Positions 9,169 through 18,895 of a DNA stretch of 64,000 nt are shown here, piece after piece; position 1 is the first letter of the stretch, and each line of letters begins with the position of its first letter. This DNA is from Collinsella sp. (GTDB lineage: Bacteria; Actinomycetota; Coriobacteriia; Coriobacteriales; Coriobacteriaceae). Location: the NCBI GenBank assembly GCA_048485235.1, contig DBFWCI010000004.1, positions 3,267 through 67,266 on the forward strand, written 5' to 3'. Position numbers and translations under genes: made by a program. The notes below the pieces were generated by a model. That model saw only the letters and a program-made list of their open reading frames with translations. It was not told where the DNA came from and did no database searches.

Positions 9169-10029
9169 ATGAAGCTGAAGAAGCTTGGCGCATTTGCCGC
9201 CACGGGCGCCATGGCGATCGCCCTTGCACTGACGGGCTGCGGCTCGTCCAACGCCACCTCTGGTTCTGATGCCGGTTCCAGCAGCTCTGACGACGCTAAG
9301 GTCGAGAAGGTCGACGGCTCCAAGGAGTACGCGCTCGTCAAGAACGGTACGCTGACCGTCGGCACCTCTGCCGAGTACGCTCCGTTTGAGTACAAGGATG
9401 ACAACGGCGATTATCAGGGCTTTGACCTTGAGCTCATCAAGGCTATCGGCGACAAGCTGGGCCTGGATGTCGAGTACGTCAACAATGACTTCGACACACT
9501 CGTACCCGGTGTCGCTTCGGGCGCTAAGTACGACGTCTCCATCGCGGCTATCACCGACACGCCCGAGCGTGAGAAGGAAGTCACTTTCTCCGATTCCTAC
9601 TACATGGACGATCAGGCTATCGTGACCAAGGTCGATAACACCGACATCGCGGCCGACAACTACAGCGAGAAGCTCAACAACGCCGACGCTACCATCATCG
9701 TTCAGTCTGGCTCGACCGCCGAGTCCTTTGCCCAGGAGAACTTCCCCAAGGCCAAGATCGTCCCCTACAAGGACGCTACCGAGTGCTTCAGCGCCCTGCA
9801 GTCCGATAAGGGCGACGCCGTAGTCACCAACCGCTCCGTTGCCAGCCAGCTGACCGCCGAGCAGTTCAACACCTGCCAGACCATCAAGCAGATCAGCACC
9901 GGCGAGGAGTACGCCATCGCCATCAACCAGGGCAACACCAAGCTCAAGGACGACATCAACCAGGCCATCAAGGACCTGACCGACGACGGTACCGTCGACG
10001 CCCTCATGGCTAAGTACAACATCAAGTAA
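9169..10029 (+). CDS. Amino-acid ABC transporter substrate-binding lipoprotein
   Basis: Start moved to ATG 9169 (GGAAGGAG SD). Lipobox LALTGC. SBP family 3 pattern LTVGTSAEYAPFEY..GFDLELIKAIG. Confidence 0.9.
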   Translation: MKLKKLGAFAATGAMAIALALTGCGSSNATSGSDAGSSSSDDAKVEKVDGSKEYALVKNGTLTVGTSAEYAPFEYKDDNGDYQGFDLELIKAIGDKLGLDVEYVNNDFDTLVPGVASGAKYDVSIAAITDTPEREKEVTFSDSYYMDDQAIVTKVDNTDIAADNYSEKLNNADATIIVQSGSTAESFAQENFPKAKIVPYKDATECFSALQSDKGDAVVTNRSVASQLTAEQFNTCQTIKQISTGEEYAIAINQGNTKLKDDINQAIKDLTDDGTVDALMAKYNIK

Positions 10030-10050
10030 AATAGCTACTTGATTGCGTGT

Positions 10051-10083
10051 AGGCCCTTTCCGTTTTGCGGAGAGGGCCTTTGC
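10051..10083 (+). terminator. Intra-operon hairpin (weak terminator or attenuator) after the SBP gene
   Basis: AGGCCCTTT-loop-AGAGGGCCT followed by TTTGCGCTTCTC. Only a weak U-tract. Confidence 0.35.
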
Positions 10084-10146
10084 GCTTCTCTTGACGGAGA
10101 GTGCTTCCGTCTCGTTTTGCCGGCAACTTCTACGATAGGAGCCACC

Positions 10147-11508
10147 TTGTCTCGATTGAACGAAGGGGCTGCGGAGCAGCGTTTTCCACTGCCCGCCTTG
10201 CTCCAAAAGCTAGCCTGCGCCATGGCCGTGGCGCTCGCGCTGGTGTGCGTGGGGGCATATGCGCCCACGACCGCCCAGGCGCTTGAGACCGCAAAGATTA
10301 CCGCCCGACCCAACACCGGTTCGGGCAGCGCTGTGGTCGGCGGCACCGAGACGCGCATTACCTGGGAGGTCCAGGCCGATGCCGACGAGGAACTGAGTGG
10401 TCTTTCGCTGACGTTTGCCGATGGCACGACCTTTGGTGCGGACGACACACGTCTGACGATGCTCTCGGGCGATGACCTTATGGACCGTACGCCCATGAAG
10501 CCTACGTGCAAGGTCGACGGCCAGACGCTCAAGATCGATTTTGGCGAGACGGCGCCTGCCGGCGGCTTTTTCCGTGTCGAGGTTTACGGCGTGACCTTCC
10601 CCGTCGAGGGCGGCGATGAGGCCTTTAGCGGCACCTGCACTTTGGCCGATGGCTCGACCAAGAAGATCTCCAAGATTCCGTCGGTGGAGATCAAGTGCGT
10701 GACGGCATTCGATAACTTCCTGGCCGATCTTAAGGAGCAGCCGTGGGTCGAGGCCTGGAACTCCAATATGTTCCTGCGCCTGTTCTTAAACCCAGTCATT
10801 TTGGTCCAAAGCCTGCCGATCGTCTTTAAGGGCTTCCTTATGTCGCTCTCGATCGTGCTTGTGGCGTTTCCGCTGGCAATTCCCTTTGGCTTTGCCTTGT
10901 CGCTCATGCGCATCTCCAAGTCGCGCATCCTGCGCTGCCTCGCCGGCATCTATGTGAATATCATCCGCGGTACGCCGGCGTTCCTGCAGATCTATATCGC
11001 GTTCTTCGGTCTGCCGTTGGCCGGCGTTAAGGTTGATGACTACGTGCTTGGCGTTATCGTCATGGCCATGAACTCGTCTGCGTACCTATGCGAGATCTTC
11101 CGTGCCGGTATTCAATCGATCCCCAAGGGCCAAAACGAGGCCGCGCGCTCGCTAGGCATGAACGCGTTCCAGACGCTGCTCTATGTCATGATTCCGCAGA
11201 CGTTCCGTAATGTTTTGCCTACGCTGACCAGCGAGTTTATCTTGCTTTACAAGGATACGTCGCTGCTTGCCGCCGTGGGTGTGGTCGAGATCGTCATGAA
11301 CGCCCGTACCATCGTGGCCACGACGGGCTCCATTACACCGTACGTGGTTGCCGCCCTGTTCTATCTGGTCATCACCCTGCCGCTCGCTCGCTTGGTGAGC
11401 GGTCTTGAGGCGAGGCTTTTGGGCACGGCCGAGACCAAGAAGAAGCGTCCCGCCAAGAGCGCCGGACAGGTTGTCGCGACGCCCGCCGATCACATCGCCG
11501 GTCTGTAA
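10147..11508 (+). CDS. Amino-acid ABC transporter permease fused to an N-terminal extracytoplasmic domain of about 200 aa
   Basis: The C-terminal half has the His/Glu/Gln/Arg/opine permease pattern (IIRGTPAFLQIYIAFFGLP, EAARSLGM). TTG 10147 was chosen because AGGAG lies 5 nt upstream and a signal-like segment follows. The exact start is uncertain (ORF-track start 10039). Confidence 0.8.
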   Translation: MSRLNEGAAEQRFPLPALLQKLACAMAVALALVCVGAYAPTTAQALETAKITARPNTGSGSAVVGGTETRITWEVQADADEELSGLSLTFADGTTFGADDTRLTMLSGDDLMDRTPMKPTCKVDGQTLKIDFGETAPAGGFFRVEVYGVTFPVEGGDEAFSGTCTLADGSTKKISKIPSVEIKCVTAFDNFLADLKEQPWVEAWNSNMFLRLFLNPVILVQSLPIVFKGFLMSLSIVLVAFPLAIPFGFALSLMRISKSRILRCLAGIYVNIIRGTPAFLQIYIAFFGLPLAGVKVDDYVLGVIVMAMNSSAYLCEIFRAGIQSIPKGQNEAARSLGMNAFQTLLYVMIPQTFRNVLPTLTSEFILLYKDTSLLAAVGVVEIVMNARTIVATTGSITPYVVAALFYLVITLPLARLVSGLEARLLGTAETKKKRPAKSAGQVVATPADHIAGL

Positions 11509-11520
11509 GGAGGTCCTATC

Positions 11521-12273
<753 letters not shown>

Positions 12274-12295
12274 CCGCTTTATATGACTGACATAG

Positions 12296-12337
12296 CAGAA
12301 AACGGGAGCCGGATGTGATCCGGCTCCCGTTTTTGTT
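12296..12337. terminator. Bidirectional rho-independent terminator
   Basis: AAAACGGGAGCCGGA-TGTGA-TCCGGCTCCCGTTTT perfect stem with A/T runs on both sides, between convergent genes. Confidence 0.85.
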
Positions 12338-12390
12338 GGGACGCGAATGTGTTTTGTTGCAATGCGCGTTGCGGGCGGAGCTCATTGCCG

Positions 12391-12810
12391 CTAGGCGAGC
12401 TCGGCTCCAAGGGCGCGGCAGGCCGCTTCGCTCTCATCATCGGGGGCGTCGTAGCAGATGACGGAATCGACGACGTTGACGCCCTCCTCGTCGGCGTCCG
12501 CCTTCCAGTTGTCCATCCATTCGCCCTCGGCCCACGAATAAGAGCCAAAGAGGACGACCTTCTTGTCGCCGAGGGTCTCCTTGACCTCATCCCACATGGG
12601 CTGGAACTCATCATATTCAAGCTCCTCGGAACCCATGGCGGGGCAGCCGAAGGCGATAGCGTCATAGCCAGCGGCCTTGTCTGCGGAGAAGTCGGCGCAG
12701 GAGATGACCTCTGCCTCGGCGCCGGCATCGGTTGCACCTTCGGCAACGAGGTTTGCCATGGCCTCGGTGTTGCCCGTGCCGCTCCAGTAGACGACGGCGA
12801 TCTTGCTCAT
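12391..12810 (-). CDS. Flavodoxin (short-chain)
   Basis: MSKIAVVYWSGTGNTEAMA is the FMN phosphate-binding loop. 139 aa. Confidence 0.9.
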   Translation of the reverse strand: MSKIAVVYWSGTGNTEAMANLVAEGATDAGAEAEVISCADFSADKAAGYDAIAFGCPAMGSEELEYDEFQPMWDEVKETLGDKKVVLFGSYSWAEGEWMDNWKADADEEGVNVVDSVICYDAPDDESEAACRALGAELA

Positions 12811-12856
12811 GTTGAGTCCTTTCAGTTGTGCGGCAGGTTGCCACGGCTTCTATGTT

Positions 12857-13561
12857 CTATCGGGTTGCCTGGGCAAGTTGCGCCAAGCTGTAGCCCTGCT
12901 GATAGACAAAGGTGAAGTATTGGGTGCAGGCGCGGTAGGCATCAAACGTCGCAAGTGCCTGCTCGACATTTGCGTAGACCTTCCAGGCCCCAAAGACCTT
13001 ATAGTTCTCGCCGCGCTGGACGATAAACTCGTGCACGTCGTCGTAGGGATATCCTAGGAAGTAGCCTATTTCGTGCGGAAACTCGCAGGTGCAGTCGTTG
13101 CTGCAGCTAGCTTGCTGGGGTAGTGCGCATCGAGTCTGGCTACAGGCGCATTCCGCGACGTTATTACTCGCGAGCGTGATGCGTGATGCCAAATGCACAA
13201 GGCATGTCGAAAGGTCTCTCGTGTCGTAGCCTTCCGAGGCGAGCGCCGTTTTGGCGCGAGGGTCCGCGAAATAGGTGGTGAGGCTTTTGGCTCGGTACAC
13301 GTACACGAGCGCTCCGCAGGGCCGCCAGACCAAAACACTCAGGTGGATGCCAAGCGGGTCAAGCTCGCGGTTGCACTGGGCGATAACGTTGAGCAGGCGT
13401 GCTCGGCGTTCTGCGATGGTTTCTGTTGCGGTCGAGCCGTCCCCGTGGGCGTAGGTGCCTGGATAGGTAAAGAGCGATGCCGGCTTGATGCCCGCGAGCG
13501 TGGGGGAGCAGTTGCGCACGACTACTGCCTGAAACGTTGGGATGTCTATGGTTCGAGTCAC
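12857..13561 (-). CDS. DUF3793-family protein
   Basis: FPHEIGYFLGYPYDDVHEFI..GAWKVY pattern as I recall it for DUF3793. It sits upstream of the flavodoxin gene, as is common in Firmicutes. Family assignment is from memory. Confidence 0.7.
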   Translation of the reverse strand: MTRTIDIPTFQAVVVRNCSPTLAGIKPASLFTYPGTYAHGDGSTATETIAERRARLLNVIAQCNRELDPLGIHLSVLVWRPCGALVYVYRAKSLTTYFADPRAKTALASEGYDTRDLSTCLVHLASRITLASNNVAECACSQTRCALPQQASCSNDCTCEFPHEIGYFLGYPYDDVHEFIVQRGENYKVFGAWKVYANVEQALATFDAYRACTQYFTFVYQQGYSLAQLAQATR

Positions 13562-13689
13562 GTCGCTCCTTACGGATCTAAACTGTTAGCCTAGGAAAAC
13601 TTATACACGAAAGTAAGCCATGGTCAACAAAAAAGTTTGAAGAGGAAAACTAATTGACCGAACGGACATGATTTTGGGTTAAGATGGGG

Positions 13690-13706
13690 ACACCCCATGG
13701 GGGTAT
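13690..13706. promoter_or_regulatory. CsoR-type operator-like GC-tract pseudo-palindrome
   Basis: ACACCCCATGGGGGTAT lies 29 nt upstream of the HMA gene start and resembles the TACCCC..GGGGTA operators described for CsoR-family copper repressors (from memory). Confidence 0.35.
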
Positions 13707-13734
13707 CTAGATAGTGCTACTGAAAGGGGAACGC

Positions 13735-14118
13735 ATGAGTGACTTGCTCAACCCTGCGAATCTCATCGTGCTGACCGTCATTGCCGTCGGCATGTTTTTT
13801 GGACTGCGTCGCATTGCCGCTTCGACACACGGGAAGAGTTGCTGCAGCGATGGTGCGAGCGGCAAGAAGGCCAAAAAGGTTGTGGTGGCAGACACCGACG
13901 AGTCCCACTACCCCTATCGTGAGGAACTCCTTATCGGCGGCATGAGTTGCGACGGCTGCGCCCGGAATGTGACGAATGCCCTCAATGCGCTTGATGGCGT
14001 GTGGGCTACGGTAACGTACGCGGACCACACGGCACGCGTGCGCTCGAAGCGCCCGGTTGATCGCGACACACTCGAGACGGCAGTGAGGGGTGCGGGCTAT
14101 TACGTTATGAAAATGTAG
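13735..14118 (+). CDS. Membrane-anchored heavy-metal-associated (HMA) domain protein
   Basis: The N-terminal TM helix plus KSCCSDG resembles FeoB-associated Cys-rich membrane proteins. The C-terminal GMSCDGCARNVTNAL is the HMA MxCxxC motif. ATG 13735 is preferred over GTG 13714. Confidence 0.75.
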   Translation: MSDLLNPANLIVLTVIAVGMFFGLRRIAASTHGKSCCSDGASGKKAKKVVVADTDESHYPYREELLIGGMSCDGCARNVTNALNALDGVWATVTYADHTARVRSKRPVDRDTLETAVRGAGYYVMKM

Positions 14119-14312
14119 GCGTTGCCCTCTCCGGTGGGTACCAGCCTCCTGCCCATTGTGACTATCGGCATCCAAAAATTTGCGCAAAAATAACCTTTAG
14201 ATGCGGCAAAAGTGGAGTACACAGATTATTGCTGTGCTCAGATTGCAATTAACCGTGGACAGAAATGAAGAATGCTAAAACTGGGCTTTAGGACAGGGGA
14301 GGCTATAACCTT

Positions 14313-16865
14313 ATGAGACGAGTGGGAACACTTGGCTTGGTGGCAGCGCTTGCCGCTATCTTGGTATCGCCGCTGCCGGCGCACGCCGAAGACGCATCGG
14401 GTGCCGTTACCTACAATGCGGGAAATGGGTATTCCTTTGAGAAGCTCTCGCATCCTACGGTAGGAACGTCGCAGCCGGATGGCATCGTCGACTACCAGGG
14501 TAACGGTGCCGTTGCCGTTCCGGGCGCCGATGGTAATACGGCCAACAACGAAGGCGATCGCGGCCAGAGCTACACTTGGGCGGCTGCGAGCTATGGTGAC
14601 TGGCTTTATGTGGGCACCTGCTATGCGGCGATGGGCAACACGCTGACGCTCATGAACAGCACGCTGGGCGATTCCTTTGATGTCGAAACCATGCGCCTGA
14701 CGCTGGAGGCCATGTTTAACGGTACCTTCTTCTATGGACAGCAGAAGGAGGACGGCACGGCCGACAAGGACAGCGGCGGCATCTTGGTCAAGATCAATAC
14801 CAAGACCGGTGAGACCAAGCTGCTACTCTCTGAATCGCTCAACGGCGTCGCTCCTTTGTTCCGCAATGCCGTGAGCTATAAGGGTAAGCTCTATTTCTGC
14901 GGCAGCGTCAGGACCAATGACGGCAAAGGCGGCCTGCCTGCTGTATACGAGATCGATCCTAAGACGGATGAGTACAAAGTTGTCTATCAGGGCCTTTCGA
15001 GCATGCAGGATTACGGTGCTGCCTACAAGCAGGGCATTTCTACCGGTATCCGCGGCATGTGCGTCCATGATGGCCAGCTCGTCATCAGTAATGTGGGTAA
15101 AGACGCGAACGGTAATTTTGTGTCGACAATCCTGACGTCGTCTGACCCCTCGAAGGGCCAGGACAGCTTCACCGAGATTGCCAACTCGGAGACGCTGTTT
15201 GGCTATCCGGCGATTCGCTATCAGGACAGCATCTACGGCGGCGCCATTTGGGATATGGTCTCGTACAATGGCCATCTCTATGCGACCATCTGCACCGGTA
15301 CGCCCGAGAACGCTCCCGATGATAATTCCATGCAGTCGTTTGCCATGGTCCGTGGCGACAAGAATGCCGACGGCAGCTATTCGTGGACTCCCATTGTCGG
15401 CGATCAGAAGACGGACGGTGCAAAGTACTGCTTTGGCATCGATCCTGCCCGTACCCGTTCTGGCGCTGCCAACCTCATCGTCTACAACGACTACCTCTAT
15501 ATCGGTGAATACAACGACGAGGAGATTGCCCTCGAGCGCATCCTGTTCAACAAATCCAACACCGAAGAGGGCGGCAAGAGCAGCATGGGTGGCGTTGACT
15601 GCTCGTTTGTGAATGCCAATCTTGAGCAGTCGGTTAACATCTATCGCATGGACAAGGACGAGAACATGGAGCTCGTCGTTGGCGATCGCACCGACATGTT
15701 CCCCGAGGGCGGTATTTCCGGCCTGACTTCGGGCTTTGGCCGAAACGAGAACCAGTACATTTGGCGCATGCAGAAGTTCGACGGCAAGCTGTATATCGGT
15801 ACCTTTGATACCGCGAGCCTGCTTGAGCCGATCGGCCAGTTCTCCAATGGCGACATTATCGATATGACGCCCGAGGAGTGGGACTCTCAGGTTCAGCGCC
15901 TTAGGGACCTGCTCAATCACCTGCTCGACAAGAAATCGCCTGACGACCCCATCGTTCCCGTGAACACGCTTGCGGACGATGATTCAAACGAGGCCGTCGA
16001 GGTCGATGATTCGAACGAAGCTGCTGAGGTTGATGATTCAAACAAGGCCGTCGATGTCGATGACGAGAAGACCGAGGTTGCTAAGGGCTTTGGCGATCTG
16101 AGCGATGCGCTGGAGGATGCCGCGGGCGGTCTTTGCGATCAGGCCGCGACGATGTCCCAGGACTTTGAGGACGACGCCGCTTATGTCCAGAAGATCGATG
16201 GCGAGATCGCGTACTTCAAGTCCTTTGCCGACCAGTATCAGGACATGCTCGATAGCTATGAGAGCCTTAAGCAGCAGTACGAGGATGCCTATGGCACCGA
16301 GCTGCCGAGCGATATTCAGGATGCGCTCGATAAGCTGCTGAGCGAGGAGAACCTCAAGAAGTTGCAGAGTGTCCTTACGTGCATGTGTTACCTGCGCGAT
16401 GCCGAGCGCGGCTTTGATATGTATGTGACCGAGGACGGCGTGAACTTTACGACGCTGACGACCAATGGCTTTAACGATCCGTATAACCATGGTCTGCGCA
16501 CCTTTGCGGTGACCAACCAGGGTCTGTGCCTTGGTACCGCCAACCCGTTCTATGGTTGCCAGGTCTGGATCCAGCGCAAGGAGAATTCGGAGAATCCGGT
16601 TGATCCCGGTACTCCGGATCCGACGGAACCCACCGATCCTTCGCAGCCGGGTGGCGGCGATCAGCCTGGCGGCAGCCAGACGGGTGGCAACGACCAGTCG
16701 AGCAGCACCACGACCACCGTCACGACGACCGCTAAGAAGACTCCGAAGGACGGCTCGCTGCCTCGCGCTGGCGACTCGACCCTCACGCTGGTCTTGGGAT
16801 TGCTGGTTGCAGCTGCCGCAGTGCTTGGCATTGCTCTCGTCTTGCGCAAGCGTTCTCGTCGCTAG
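14313..16865 (+). CDS. Large cell-wall-anchored surface protein (beta-propeller-like repeats, acidic linker, LPRAG sorting signal)
   Basis: Signal peptide MRRVGTLGLVAALAAILVSPLPAHA. Recurrent Y.G.LY.G motifs. The C-terminus LPRAGDS + hydrophobic helix + RKRSRR is a sortase-type anchor layout. Confidence 0.8.
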   Translation: MRRVGTLGLVAALAAILVSPLPAHAEDASGAVTYNAGNGYSFEKLSHPTVGTSQPDGIVDYQGNGAVAVPGADGNTANNEGDRGQSYTWAAASYGDWLYVGTCYAAMGNTLTLMNSTLGDSFDVETMRLTLEAMFNGTFFYGQQKEDGTADKDSGGILVKINTKTGETKLLLSESLNGVAPLFRNAVSYKGKLYFCGSVRTNDGKGGLPAVYEIDPKTDEYKVVYQGLSSMQDYGAAYKQGISTGIRGMCVHDGQLVISNVGKDANGNFVSTILTSSDPSKGQDSFTEIANSETLFGYPAIRYQDSIYGGAIWDMVSYNGHLYATICTGTPENAPDDNSMQSFAMVRGDKNADGSYSWTPIVGDQKTDGAKYCFGIDPARTRSGAANLIVYNDYLYIGEYNDEEIALERILFNKSNTEEGGKSSMGGVDCSFVNANLEQSVNIYRMDKDENMELVVGDRTDMFPEGGISGLTSGFGRNENQYIWRMQKFDGKLYIGTFDTASLLEPIGQFSNGDIIDMTPEEWDSQVQRLRDLLNHLLDKKSPDDPIVPVNTLADDDSNEAVEVDDSNEAAEVDDSNKAVDVDDEKTEVAKGFGDLSDALEDAAGGLCDQAATMSQDFEDDAAYVQKIDGEIAYFKSFADQYQDMLDSYESLKQQYEDAYGTELPSDIQDALDKLLSEENLKKLQSVLTCMCYLRDAERGFDMYVTEDGVNFTTLTTNGFNDPYNHGLRTFAVTNQGLCLGTANPFYGCQVWIQRKENSENPVDPGTPDPTEPTDPSQPGGGDQPGGSQTGGNDQSSSTTTTVTTTAKKTPKDGSLPRAGDSTLTLVLGLLVAAAAVLGIALVLRKRSRR
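15978..16058 (+). repeat. 3 x 27-bp in-frame tandem repeat (DDSNEAVEV units) inside the surface protein gene
   Basis: GATGATTCAAACGAGGCCGTCGAGGTC and two close variants occur back to back. Confidence 0.85.
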
Positions 16866-17299
16866 GCTCGTCCGCGTAGCTCAATGTCCTGGATATCGTC
16901 GAAGTTGATGGCGATATCCCTGAGTTTGAGCAGCTTGAATGCGGGTAACGCTTCGTCGAGAATGCCCGTGCGGCTACGATAGCCGTACGTATCGTAATAG
17001 GTGACGCGCACCAAGTCGCCGCGTTTGAGGCCCTCGAGCTTTTGCGAAAGCTCGAGGGCTTTTTCTTCCGTGAGCTCACGTTTTTGCTCGACGGTGATTT
17101 CCTGCTTGCGCACGAGTTCGTAGTATCCCGTGAGGGCGGCAAAGGGCATAAACTGTGCGGCGCGGTTGGCGCGCACGGCACCGTTGGCAGTGAGGTTGGG
17201 GTCGGCTGCGCGGCGTCTGCCCTCGGGGTCCGCCAGGCGCTCGAAGGCGGTCGGCGGGCGCATGGGCTGTTGTTTGGGTTTAGGCACGGTGTCCTCCAA
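16862..17299 (-). CDS. YolD-like protein (accessory to Y-family polymerase)
   Basis: 145 aa with the FMPFAALTGY core typical of YolD-like proteins. Overlaps the upstream polymerase gene by 20 nt. Confidence 0.75.
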   Translation of the reverse strand: MEDTVPKPKQQPMRPPTAFERLADPEGRRRAADPNLTANGAVRANRAAQFMPFAALTGYYELVRKQEITVEQKRELTEEKALELSQKLEGLKRGDLVRVTYYDTYGYRSRTGILDEALPAFKLLKLRDIAINFDDIQDIELRGRA

Positions 17300-18785
17300 C
17301 TTGATCGTTGCGCTCGCGCGCGGTGGCGCCGGCGGTAAAGCTTAATCCCTTGACGAGCGCGTTCTTGCCGTACTTGCCTTTCACGGCCAGGACGGCGCGC
17401 GCCAGGTCGCGCTCGCGCTCATCGGCCTCGATATCGCTGAACAGATCGATGGTGGCAAATTCCTCGGGCACAAGATTGCTAAAGCCCAGGTTGATGCGCT
17501 TGACCGGTCGTTTGGGATCGACAGTCTGCGCCCAGAGCTCATCGAAATAGCCCATGATCTTCTTAAACGAATTGGTACGCTCGGGCAGCTTGCGCGAGGC
17601 GTTGGAGTGCGCAAAGAGCGCGGCATAGCCACCACGCGGTTTGCCACCATGCTCTCCCACAAAGATGCCATCGATTGCCTGCGCTTCGCGCACCAGGCGG
17701 CGCCGTTCGTCATCGCGCTGGACGGGCTTGGGAGCACGGGGCGCGAGCTCGGGGCCGGCGGTTGCGGTGGGTTCGATGCTCGACGTACTCGAGCGCAGGT
17801 GTCCGCATCCGTCCACATATTGTGCAGTACCGCTGGCATCAAGCCTGCGTATGTCGGCGCGCTCGCTCGCGTAGCCCACAAAGAGCGAGATGCTGTCGCA
17901 GACCACGTGCTTATCGATCAAGTCCAACACGGCGTTGTCGACCATCTCGCGCAAGACGGTGTAGGCCTGCTCGTAGGCATAGCCCTTCGAGAGCACCTGT
18001 CCTGTGGTGGTCGAAGTTGCTTGCGGGCGATAGGCTTGGATATCGGCGATGGTTGTCGGCTCGCGTCCGAAGGCGTGGTCGATGAGATACTCGGCATTGA
18101 CGCCGAGCTCGTCGTAAAGCAGGTTTTCGTCGAGCGCCGCGACGCCCATCAGATCGTAGACGCCGTATTTTTCGAGTCGTGCTGCCACGCCGGGGCCGAT
18201 GCCCCAGATATCGGTGATGGGACGATGGGGCCAGATTTCCTTGCGAAAGGTCTCATCGTCGAGTATGCCGATGCGGCTGGGTACGTGCTTGGCGGTGATA
18301 TCGAGTGCAACTTTGGCCTGGAATAGGTTGGGGCCGATGCCGACCGTCGCCGTGATGCCGGTGCGCGCCAGGACCTCGTCGCGCAACATGCAGGCGAAGC
18401 CTTCCGCATCGGTGTGATAGAGGTCCAGATAGGGTGTCACGTCGATAAAGCACTCGTCAATTGAGTAGACGTGAACGTCTTGCGGACTGACGTATTCCAG
18501 GTAGATACCGTAGATCTGCGCCGACACCTCCATGTAGTGCTGCATGCGCGGTACGGCCTTGATGTAGTCGATGCCGTCGGGAATCTCGAATAGGCGGCAG
18601 CGGTTGTGAATACCTAAGTCCTTCATGGCCTGCGTGATGGCGAGGCAGATGGTCGTGCGTCCGCGCGATTCGTCGGCAACGACTAGGTTGGTGGTGAGCG
18701 GATCGAGCCCACGGTCGACGCACTCGACGCTGGCATAAAACGTCTTGAGGTCGATGCAGATATAGGTGTGCTGCTCGTGCGCCAT
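17280..18785 (-). CDS. Y-family DNA polymerase (UmuC/DinB/UvrX-like)
   Basis: YICIDLKTFYASVE..SIDECFIDVT are catalytic motifs of the ImpB/MucB/SamB family. Start moved to ATG 18785 (GGAGGG SD). Confidence 0.9.
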   Translation of the reverse strand: MAHEQHTYICIDLKTFYASVECVDRGLDPLTTNLVVADESRGRTTICLAITQAMKDLGIHNRCRLFEIPDGIDYIKAVPRMQHYMEVSAQIYGIYLEYVSPQDVHVYSIDECFIDVTPYLDLYHTDAEGFACMLRDEVLARTGITATVGIGPNLFQAKVALDITAKHVPSRIGILDDETFRKEIWPHRPITDIWGIGPGVAARLEKYGVYDLMGVAALDENLLYDELGVNAEYLIDHAFGREPTTIADIQAYRPQATSTTTGQVLSKGYAYEQAYTVLREMVDNAVLDLIDKHVVCDSISLFVGYASERADIRRLDASGTAQYVDGCGHLRSSTSSIEPTATAGPELAPRAPKPVQRDDERRRLVREAQAIDGIFVGEHGGKPRGGYAALFAHSNASRKLPERTNSFKKIMGYFDELWAQTVDPKRPVKRINLGFSNLVPEEFATIDLFSDIEADERERDLARAVLAVKGKYGKNALVKGLSFTAGATARERNDQVGGHRA

Positions 18786-18815
18786 CCGTGTCCCTCCATC
18801 AAACACATGTTCTTA

Positions 18816-18831
18816 TCGAATACTTGTTCGA
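18816..18831. promoter_or_regulatory. LexA (SOS) box TCGAATACTTGTTCGA
   Basis: 16-bp palindrome matching the actinobacterial/Gram-positive LexA consensus TCGAAC-N4-GTTCGA at 15 of 16 positions, 31 nt upstream of the polymerase start. Confidence 0.6.
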
Positions 18832-18857
18832 TAATACCCGCTCGTCCGAACATCGTC

Positions 18858-18895
18858 AAAACCTGTCAAAAAGGGACTGGTTTGTTTTGGTAGGT
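18858..18895 (+). repeat. Short hairpin repeat, GGGACAGGTT-core family (alpha type), copy 1
   Basis: AAAACCTGTCAAAAAGGGACTGGTTTGTTTTGGTAGGT, nearly identical to 61012-61048. Confidence 0.5.

Noticed and set aside
14823-15920. 365-aa ORF on the minus strand
   Set aside because: It is antisense to the surface-protein gene. It is a shadow ORF.
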